A stretch of DNA of 64,000 nucleotides, taken from positions 12,733 through 76,732 of the forward strand of contig MFJF01000019.1 of NCBI GenBank assembly GCA_001779115.1, in the 5' to 3' direction. A model generated the notes under the pieces. That model saw nothing but the letters and a program-made list of their open reading frames with translations, was not told where the DNA came from and did no database searches. Made by a program: the position numbers and the translations under genes. The stretch comes from Candidatus Gottesmanbacteria bacterium RIFCSPHIGHO2_01_FULL_40_15 (GTDB lineage Bacteria; Patescibacteriota; Microgenomatia; 2-02-FULL-39-11). This document shows, in pieces, positions 9,986 through 17,183 of the stretch (the stretch's first letter is position 1; every line of letters starts with the position of its first letter).

Positions 9986-10328
9986 CTGTATTTTCTGCAA
10001 AATAGTAAAAGGAGAAGTTCCTTCAAAAAAAGTTTTTGAAGATGAGCTGATTTTGGCCTTTCATGATATTAATCCCAAGGCGCCGGTTCATGTCCTGGTA
10101 ATACCGAAAAAGCATATCAGTTCACTTATCGATATTAATAATAATGATAAGGAATTAATGGGCAATTTTCTGGTAAAAGCATCAGCCGTTGCCGGAAAAT
10201 TAGGTCTGAATGATAAGGGGTATAAGATAGTAGTTAATAACGGTAATGGTGCCGGCCAGCTTGTTTTCCATCTGCATATGCACATATTGGGAGGATGGGA
10301 AGGAGCAGCATCAGGTTGGCAGATTTGA
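9978..10328 (+). CDS. Histidine triad (HIT/HinT) nucleotide-binding protein
   Basis: CIFCKIV, DINPKAPVHVLVIPK, HLHMH triad. Confidence 0.95.
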   Translation: MNDCIFCKIVKGEVPSKKVFEDELILAFHDINPKAPVHVLVIPKKHISSLIDINNNDKELMGNFLVKASAVAGKLGLNDKGYKIVVNNGNGAGQLVFHLHMHILGGWEGAASGWQI

Positions 10329-10330
10329 AA

Positions 10331-10409
10331 CCCGCCTTTGCAGAAAGCTTTAAGCCTTCGCTGTCACCTTCGCTAAAGCTATGGTGACCAAGAAAGCTAC
10401 GGCGGGCAA
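10331..10409. repeat. Nested short palindromic (REP-like) elements
   Basis: Outer cccgcc...ggcggg; inner gtcacc-ttcgctaaagctat-ggtgac-caag (10363-10392) splits gccttcgct|aaagctacggcgggcaa. Confidence 0.75.
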
Positions 10410-10432
10410 AGAAGGAGGTGTTTTTTACATTC

Positions 10433-10630
10433 ATGATTTATGTTAAAGCTCAACCGGGAGATACTTCAGATTCCGTTATCCGTAAATTTACTAAAAAAGT
10501 AATTGCGGAAGGACTTCTTTTGGAATTTAAGAAAAAAGAATTCTATCAGAAGCCGGCCGAAATCAGAAAGGAAGCGAAGAAAGAAATAGCCAGGCGGGCG
10601 CGTGCCAGAAGAAGGGCAAGAAACAAATAG
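10433..10630 (+). CDS. rpsU: 30S ribosomal protein S21
   Basis: DSVIRKFTKKV...KKKEFYQKPAEIRK, basic C-terminus; AAGGAGG SD upstream. Confidence 0.9.
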   Translation: MIYVKAQPGDTSDSVIRKFTKKVIAEGLLLEFKKKEFYQKPAEIRKEAKKEIARRARARRRARNK

Positions 10631-10633
10631 ACA

Positions 10634-11032
10634 ATGGTTAATGTTCTTATTAAAACCGATTCACATTACAAGGTTAACCGGAAAAGAATAAGAGGGGCGA
10701 TTGAGCAATTTCTTATTGGGAAAAAAGTAAAGGGAAAAACCGAGATCAGTATTTCCGTTGTCGGAGACCGTCAAATGAGGAATTTAAATATGAAATTCCG
10801 CAAGAAGAATGAAACTACCGATGTCTTGTCTTTTCCTCTAATTGATAACGAATACGGATCGAAATTTGTCGATCCTCCGGATGATATTCTTCATTTGGGT
10901 GATATTGTAATTTCCTATCCTGAGGTAATTGAGGAAGCATCACGGGAAAACAAAATGGTTGATGATAAAATAGAAGAATTGGTTATTCACGGAGTAATGC
11001 ATTTACTGGGATATCATCATGACCAGGAATAA
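10634..11032 (+). CDS. ybeY: rRNA maturation endoribonuclease YbeY
   Basis: TDVLSFP, LGDIVIS, HGVMHLLGYHH motifs. Confidence 0.95.
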   Translation: MVNVLIKTDSHYKVNRKRIRGAIEQFLIGKKVKGKTEISISVVGDRQMRNLNMKFRKKNETTDVLSFPLIDNEYGSKFVDPPDDILHLGDIVISYPEVIEEASRENKMVDDKIEELVIHGVMHLLGYHHDQE

Positions 11033-11042
11033 AAAGTAACTT

Positions 11043-12119
11043 ATGGTACTTTATTTAAAATACCGGCCGCAAAAATTAGCTGAATTGGATATAACTTCCG
11101 TGCGTGATAAGCTGGTTGGAACCCTGGCATCTTCTTACAGACCGCATGCTTATTTATTTTCGGGTCCCAAGGGAACCGGTAAAACATCGGCTGCCAGAAT
11201 AATTGCTAAAGCGCTTAACTGTCTTAACCCTAAGGAACAAGCGCTGACAGGAAGCACAAAAAAATATAATGAACCGTGCAATAAATGCGAAAATTGCCGG
11301 GAGATTTTATCAGGCCGTCATATGGATATAATTGAGATTGATGCGGCTTCAAACAGGGGCATTGATGAAATAAGAGATCTTAAAGAGAAAATAAGACTGG
11401 CTCCGGTTTCGGCAGAATTCAAAGTCTACATTATTGACGAAGTCCATATGCTGACTAATGAAGCTTTTAACGCGTTGTTAAAAACGTTGGAAGAACCTCC
11501 CGCTCACGCTGTTTTTATTCTGGCAACAACTGAGCCAGATAAACTGCCGGAAACGATTTTATCACGCTGTGTTGTATTCCGGTTTCATAAAGCAAATATT
11601 GATGAAGTCATCCATTCTCTCAAAAGGGTAGTCGGCGGAGAAAAGTTAAAAATTGACGATGAAATTCTGTCACTGATTGCCCGGCACGCAGACGGATCTT
11701 TCCGGGATGCCACTAAAATCTTGGAACAGGTAATTGGTGAAAATAAAATTACTTTGCAGGATGTTTCATATTTACTTGGCAAAGGTACCATTACACCGGA
11801 GAATTTTCTGATTTTATTGGGAAAGAAAGACATTAATCAGCTGCTTCAATCAATCAGCTTAATGGGGGAAAGAGGATCCGATTTCCGGCTGTTTGTTACA
11901 ACAATACTCAATGTACTGCATGAAATTCTTCTGGATTTGCATAAAGTTAAGCAGTCGGATCTTTCAGCTGATATCAGAAAAATCTATGCCGGAAACGGGG
12001 TAATCCAAGCAATCAGAATGTTTTCGCGGGTTTATACAGATTTAAAATTTGCCAGCCGGCCCGAGCTGCCATTGGAAACAGCCGTAGTTGAATGGTGCGA
12101 GGGGAAAGATATAAAATAA
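11043..12119 (+). CDS. dnaX: DNA polymerase III subunit gamma/tau (short form)
   Basis: KYRPQ, GPKGTGKTS, Zn-binding Cys cluster, EIDAASNRG, DEVHML, SRC motifs. Confidence 0.96.
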   Translation: MVLYLKYRPQKLAELDITSVRDKLVGTLASSYRPHAYLFSGPKGTGKTSAARIIAKALNCLNPKEQALTGSTKKYNEPCNKCENCREILSGRHMDIIEIDAASNRGIDEIRDLKEKIRLAPVSAEFKVYIIDEVHMLTNEAFNALLKTLEEPPAHAVFILATTEPDKLPETILSRCVVFRFHKANIDEVIHSLKRVVGGEKLKIDDEILSLIARHADGSFRDATKILEQVIGENKITLQDVSYLLGKGTITPENFLILLGKKDINQLLQSISLMGERGSDFRLFVTTILNVLHEILLDLHKVKQSDLSADIRKIYAGNGVIQAIRMFSRVYTDLKFASRPELPLETAVVEWCEGKDIK

Positions 12120-12161
12120 TAAGACTTGTAAGGTAATAGAAAGAAAGGAGGTTTTTTGAAA

Positions 12162-12449
12162 ATGTTTAATCCTTTTAAAGCAATAGGAGATCTCAAGTCA
12201 ATGCGGGAACAGGCATTGAAAATGCAGCAGATGCTTGCCCAGGAAGAAGTAACTGTTGAGAAAAACGGAGTAAAGGTTGTTATGAGCGGTGATCAGAAGA
12301 TTAAAGAGTTGGTTATTGACGGTGAGGAACATCACCGGGCAAAGGAGGCAATAGCTGAGGCTATCCGCAAATCGCAGGAGATTGCCGCCAGAAAACTGAC
12401 TGAGATATCGGGAGGTTTGCAGGGTTTAATGGGCGGGGCTGAAAAATAA
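12162..12449 (+). CDS. YbaB/EbfC nucleoid-associated protein
   Basis: QALKMQQMLAQEEV...VKVVMSGDQKI; position directly after dnaX. Confidence 0.88.
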   Translation: MFNPFKAIGDLKSMREQALKMQQMLAQEEVTVEKNGVKVVMSGDQKIKELVIDGEEHHRAKEAIAEAIRKSQEIAARKLTEISGGLQGLMGGAEK

Positions 12450-12460
12450 AAAAAAAGTTT

Positions 12461-13402
12461 ATGGTACTTGTTACGGGATCTCTGGCTTACGACCAGATAA
12501 TGGATTTCCCCGGAAAATTCTCCGACCACATCATGCCTGATAAAATCCACATGCTCAATGTGTCTTTTCTGGTAAATAATTTCAGGAAAGGATTCGGAGG
12601 TACGGCCGGCAATATTGCCTACACACTTTCACTGCTTGATATAAAATCCGCCATATTGGGTATGGCCGGAGATGATTTTGAACCTTACCGGAAGTTTTTA
12701 GAGCGTTTTGAAGTCAATACTTCAAATATCAAAATAATTAATAAATTCCAGACTTCAGCGGCTTTCGGGATAACTGATCAGTCCGATAACCAGATTTGGG
12801 GATTTTACACCGGAGCGGACAGTTTAAGCGATCAGTTATCAACGGATCTTGTTCACGGAAAAATTGATTTTGCCATAATTGCTCCGCATAATCCGAAAGC
12901 CATGTTAAAATTCAGCCTGGAGCATAAGAATAAAGGAATTCCCTACCTGTTTGATCCCGGTATGCAGCTTCCCTGGTTTACCGGTCCTGATTTGCTGAAA
13001 GCCTTTACTGCTGCGGAAATAATAATCGGCAATGATTATGAAATTGATGTCATGGAAAAAAAGACCGGAATTTTTAATTTACACAAACATTTTAAGGATA
13101 AAATAATCATTACTACTCTGGCCGAAAAGGGGTCAACAGTAAGCAGAAACGGGAAATTATTTCAAATTAAAAGCTCAAAAGTTAAGCATGCATCGGATCC
13201 GGCCGGAGCGGGAGATGCTTACCGGGCAGGATTTGTCGCCGGTTATTTAAGAGGTTTTCCGGTAAAAACCTGTGCCCAAATGGGATCGGTTACATCAGCA
13301 TATACTGTTGAAAAATACGGAACAACCACACACTATTTCACTGTGCCTGAGTTTACCAGACGCTACCGGGATAATTACGGGGAAGAATTGGCACTGACTT
13401 AG
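12461..13402 (+). CDS. PfkB-family kinase, bacterial adenosine kinase-like
   Basis: VTGSLAYDQIM, GGTAGNIAY, DPGMQ, NDYE, DPAGAGDAYRAG motifs; adjacent to ahcY. Confidence 0.85.
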   Translation: MVLVTGSLAYDQIMDFPGKFSDHIMPDKIHMLNVSFLVNNFRKGFGGTAGNIAYTLSLLDIKSAILGMAGDDFEPYRKFLERFEVNTSNIKIINKFQTSAAFGITDQSDNQIWGFYTGADSLSDQLSTDLVHGKIDFAIIAPHNPKAMLKFSLEHKNKGIPYLFDPGMQLPWFTGPDLLKAFTAAEIIIGNDYEIDVMEKKTGIFNLHKHFKDKIIITTLAEKGSTVSRNGKLFQIKSSKVKHASDPAGAGDAYRAGFVAGYLRGFPVKTCAQMGSVTSAYTVEKYGTTTHYFTVPEFTRRYRDNYGEELALT

Positions 13403-13470
13403 GTATTTACCGTGATTGGCTAATTTTTCAAAAGGGATTATAATAAACGGTATTTTCTGTCCGATTTTGT

Positions 13471-14739
13471 ATGAAAAAATCAAATATGTATGATATTGCC
13501 GATATAAAACTCGCCCGGACCGGCAAAAGAAAAATCGAATGGGCGCAGGTACACATGCCGGTTTTGACACTCATAGGCAATAGATTTGATAAGGATAAGC
13601 CATTAAAGGGGATCAATATCGGAGCATGTCTTCATGTAACCAGCGAAACAGCCAATCTGATGCTGGCATTAAAATCGGGAGGAGCCAAAGTATATCTTTG
13701 TGCCTGTAATCCCCTGTCAACCCAGGATGAAATTGCCGCTTCACTTGTGTCAGACTTTAACATCCCCGTTTTTGCCGTCAGGGGCGAAGATAAGAAAACT
13801 TATTACCGGCATATTGAAGCAATTCTTGACCAGCGGCCGCAAATTACCATGGACGACGGGGGGGATCTGATTTCCGTTTTACATAAGGATCGGGTGAATC
13901 AGCTTGCCGAAGTTATCGGGTCCAATGAGGAAACAACAACCGGTGTAATAAGGCTAAAAGCGATGGAAAGGGATAACGCTTTAAAAATTCCGGTTATGGC
14001 GGTGAATTACAGTATGACCAAGCACATGTTTGACAACCGTTACGGAACCGGGCAATCAACCATTGACGGAATCATGCGGGCAACCAATCTGCTTCTTTCA
14101 GGAAAAAAATTTGTTGTCTGCGGTTACGGCTGGTGCGGTCGGGGTTTGGCACAAAGAGCCAGAGGGATGGGGGCATCAGTTACGGTTACAGAAGTTGATG
14201 CCGTTAAAGCACTTGAAGCGGTAATGGACGGATTTACGGTTATGCCGATAAGCGATGCCAGCCCGATCGGAGATATTTTCGTAACTGTAACCGGTGATAA
14301 AAACGTAATCACGTGGAAAAATATTCAAAAAATGAAAGACGGATCAGTTTTGGCAAACAGCGGACATTTTAACGTGGAGATTGATGTCGCAGAAATGGAA
14401 AAACAGGCAACAAAAAAAAGCCGGATCAGGCCTGCCGTTGATGAGTATATATTAAAAGACGGCAGCAGGCGGTACCTTTTGGGCGAGGGGAGGCTTATCA
14501 ATCTGGCGGCAGCAGAGGGGCATCCTGCCGAAGTAATGGATATGTCGTTTGCCAATCAGGCCTTAGCCTGTGAATGGCTGGTAATAAATAGGGGGAAACT
14601 GGAAAATAAAGTTTACCGGCTTCCTGAAAATTTAGACAGGGAAATCGCAAAATTAAAACTCGTTGCAATGGGTATTAAAATTGACAAGTTGACCAAAGAG
14701 CAGAAAAACTATCTGTCCAGCTGGCAGGAAGGAACCTGA
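13471..14739 (+). CDS. ahcY: Adenosylhomocysteinase (SAH hydrolase)
   Basis: ACLHVTSET, CNPLSTQD, EETTTG, KHMFDNRYGTGQS, GYGWCGRG, GHPAEVMDMSF. Confidence 0.98.
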   Translation: MKKSNMYDIADIKLARTGKRKIEWAQVHMPVLTLIGNRFDKDKPLKGINIGACLHVTSETANLMLALKSGGAKVYLCACNPLSTQDEIAASLVSDFNIPVFAVRGEDKKTYYRHIEAILDQRPQITMDDGGDLISVLHKDRVNQLAEVIGSNEETTTGVIRLKAMERDNALKIPVMAVNYSMTKHMFDNRYGTGQSTIDGIMRATNLLLSGKKFVVCGYGWCGRGLAQRARGMGASVTVTEVDAVKALEAVMDGFTVMPISDASPIGDIFVTVTGDKNVITWKNIQKMKDGSVLANSGHFNVEIDVAEMEKQATKKSRIRPAVDEYILKDGSRRYLLGEGRLINLAAAEGHPAEVMDMSFANQALACEWLVINRGKLENKVYRLPENLDREIAKLKLVAMGIKIDKLTKEQKNYLSSWQEGT

Positions 14740-14812
14740 ATAAGTTATTGCAATTATTTAAGTATTAAGTTATTCTGGAGCCAGAGTTTACAGATTAACA
14801 CAAATTTGGTTC

Positions 14813-15688
14813 ATGTCTTTAACAAATAACTTCGAGTGGAACTACCAAAAACCCGCTAAAATTGCACCCAACAGCCTTCATATCGAAGTAATAGCTGATT
14901 ACGGGGGAAGTTATACGACCGATCATGCTTTTATGGAAGTCAGGAACCATTTTTTCCGTTTTGACAAACTCAATAAAATAAAAGTTGTTACGGATCATCC
15001 GGTTTACGCCTTTTCCACAATTGAAACAGGTTTTTGGATTGCCCAGGACAGTCTTCATAGTGAACATAAAAATCTGGTAGTTTTTTCCAACACGGCTCCG
15101 CGGGGGGATATCAAATGGATCGGTGAAAACCGCCAGCCGTTTGTCTGCGGGATTTTGGATAACGGTATACCGGTATTTGCCGTATATGCCGGTTATAATC
15201 TTTCATATATCAGAGACAGGTTAAAAGGATTGTGGATTGTTAAAGTACCCAATAAGGGAACGCAATTCCGGTCAAGAGATTATTACCCGGAGGCTACAAT
15301 GGCAATATTAAACGGTGATTTGAACAGATTAGGCAAACCGATAGACATCGGTAAAATTCCTGATGTGCCGCAATTTGCAATTGCTTCAGTTGACGGCTAC
15401 GGCAATTTAAAAACAACGATTAGGAAAAGCAATCTTTCTTCTCAAGTTGTTAACTCTTCGATTGTTAGGATCGGAGTCAATAATAATTACCATTTTGCCT
15501 TAAATACAGTCGGCCGCGGTGTAAAAGGAAAAGTCGGCGACCTTTGCCTGGTCTCGGGTTCATCCGGAGGAAAAGGGAAAAACTACCTGGAAATTATCAA
15601 ACTTCAGATGAAGGCATCAAAGGAATTTAGCATTGACGGACCGAGGGATGATTTGGGTAAAATTCAAATAAGTTCTGTTAAAACTTGA
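14813..15688 (+). CDS. SAM hydroxide adenosyltransferase / chlorinase-fluorinase (DUF62) family protein
   Basis: IADYG, NTAPR, GTQFRSRDYYP (TFHGRD-like), SVDGYGNLKT (D.FGN-like). Confidence 0.75.
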   Translation: MSLTNNFEWNYQKPAKIAPNSLHIEVIADYGGSYTTDHAFMEVRNHFFRFDKLNKIKVVTDHPVYAFSTIETGFWIAQDSLHSEHKNLVVFSNTAPRGDIKWIGENRQPFVCGILDNGIPVFAVYAGYNLSYIRDRLKGLWIVKVPNKGTQFRSRDYYPEATMAILNGDLNRLGKPIDIGKIPDVPQFAIASVDGYGNLKTTIRKSNLSSQVVNSSIVRIGVNNNYHFALNTVGRGVKGKVGDLCLVSGSSGGKGKNYLEIIKLQMKASKEFSIDGPRDDLGKIQISSVKT

Positions 15689-15713
15689 CAGAATGGTAAA
15701 ATTATATTATTTT
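15685..15713 (+). promoter_or_regulatory. Sigma70 promoter for the leader peptide/CBS transcript
   Basis: TTGACA 15685-15690, 17-nt spacer, TATTTT 15708-15713, then 7 nt to ATG 15721. Confidence 0.6.
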
Positions 15714-15720
15714 TAATCTA

Positions 15721-15768
15721 ATGAATTTCAGCCTTATATCACTCTGTTGTATTAAAACTCCCGCATAA
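15721..15768 (+). CDS. Putative cysteine-sensing leader peptide MNFSLISLCCIKTPA
   Basis: ATG...TGT TGT...TAA directly upstream of alternative hairpins and of a cysteine-metabolism gene. Confidence 0.7.
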   Translation: MNFSLISLCCIKTPA

Positions 15769-15807
15769 ACGGGGAGGTTTTTGGATAGGTTTATAAAGGT
15801 TCACAAC

Positions 15808-15836
15808 GCCTCCCGGAAATATAGGGAGGTTTTTTT
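15808..15836 (+). terminator. Attenuator terminator that also sequesters the SD of the CBS gene
   Basis: gcctccc (15808-14) / gggaggt (15824-30) stem, 9-nt loop, T7 run ending at ATG 15837; competing ggggagg at 15771-77. Confidence 0.75.
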
Positions 15837-17183
15837 ATGTATTACAATAATATTCTTGAGGTTGTCGGCAATACTCCTCTGGTCAGGATAAACAAACTTA
15901 ATCCCAATCCCAGGGTTTTAATGCTTGTTAAGCTGGAGTTTCTTAATCCCGGTGGAAGCATCAAGGACAGAATCGGGCTGCCGATGGTAGAGAAAGCGGA
16001 GAAAGAGGGAAATTTAAATAAAGGAGGAACCATTGTCGAGCCGACCAGCGGCAACACCGGAGTGGGTTTGGCAATGGCAGCAGCGATAAAAGGTTATCGG
16101 ACAATTTTTGTCATGCCGGATAAAATGAGCGAGGAAAAAAGGAACCTGCTTCGGGCATACGGAGCCAAAGTGATAATGACGCCAACAGCGGTAGAACCGC
16201 AAGATTCTCGCAGCTATTACAATGTTTCAGAAAAAATTACACGGGAAACCAAAGGCGGATTTAAACCGGATCAGTATTCGAATCCGGCCAATCCTGAAGC
16301 TCATTTTATGACTACCGGTCCGGAAATTTGGGAACAGACGGAAGGCAAAGTGACGCATGTGATTATCGGCATGGGAACAGGAGGGACCATTTCCGGAGTT
16401 GGCCGGTATCTGAAAAAAAAGAATAATAAGATAAAAATAATCGGAGTCGATCCCGAAGGCAGTGTTTACTACCACTATTTCAAAACCGGCAAACTTCCCA
16501 AAATTCTGACCACCTATAAAGTTGAGGGTATCGGTGAAGATTTCCTGCCGGAAACGATGGATTTTTCCGTAATTGATGACGTTATTGTTGTTTCCGATAA
16601 AGAAAGTTTCATAACAGCCAGGCAGCTGGCCCGGGAAGAGGGGATTCTGGCGGGAGGTTCTTCCGGGCTGGCTTTAGCCGGAGCCAGAAAGGTTGCCAGA
16701 AGGATAAAAGAAGGAATTGTGGCGGTTATTTTACCTGATTCAGGCAAGAACTACCTGACTAAATTTTTTAATGACAATTGGATGAGGGACCACGGCTTTC
16801 TGGACGGGGAAGATGAAAGTGTCCGGCAGCTTCTTAATAAAAAACTGCATTTTATTACCGTTCAATCACAGTCAACACCTCGGGAAGCCATCAAAATGAT
16901 GCAGAAATTTCAAATATCCCAGCTGCCGGTTATGGAAGGTAAAAAAGTGATCGGGACCATAACCGAGTCGATACTGATAAAAAGTCTTTATGGCAAAGCA
17001 AAAATTCCGGTGACGGTTGAGGAGATTATGGACAGGGATTTTATAACGCTTCCTGATACCGCTTCGGAAGCCCAGCTGGTATCGGCTCTTCGGGATAAGG
17101 AAATGGTGATTATTACGGATAAAAAAGGAAAGCCGATTGATGTATTAACCCGGATTGATTTTCTAAGTTCGCTATCGGCCTGA
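15837..17183 (+). CDS. cbs: Cystathionine beta-synthase (PLP fold II plus C-terminal CBS pair)
   Basis: NPGGSIKDR, EPTSGNTG, GMGTGGT, YKVEGIGEDF, PDSGKNYLTK..NDNWM, then two CBS domains. Confidence 0.9.
   Translation: MYYNNILEVVGNTPLVRINKLNPNPRVLMLVKLEFLNPGGSIKDRIGLPMVEKAEKEGNLNKGGTIVEPTSGNTGVGLAMAAAIKGYRTIFVMPDKMSEEKRNLLRAYGAKVIMTPTAVEPQDSRSYYNVSEKITRETKGGFKPDQYSNPANPEAHFMTTGPEIWEQTEGKVTHVIIGMGTGGTISGVGRYLKKKNNKIKIIGVDPEGSVYYHYFKTGKLPKILTTYKVEGIGEDFLPETMDFSVIDDVIVVSDKESFITARQLAREEGILAGGSSGLALAGARKVARRIKEGIVAVILPDSGKNYLTKFFNDNWMRDHGFLDGEDESVRQLLNKKLHFITVQSQSTPREAIKMMQKFQISQLPVMEGKKVIGTITESILIKSLYGKAKIPVTVEEIMDRDFITLPDTASEAQLVSALRDKEMVIITDKKGKPIDVLTRIDFLSSLSA

Noticed and set aside
11043-12119. 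Programmed frameshift extending the short dnaX
   Set aside because: The ORF ends cleanly just before ybaB, leaving no room for a tau C-terminal domain.
13403-13470. SAH or SAM riboswitch upstream of ahcY
   Set aside because: The 68-nt AT-rich spacer lacks the GAGGAGCG/CAGGC-type core and shows only a TATAAT box.
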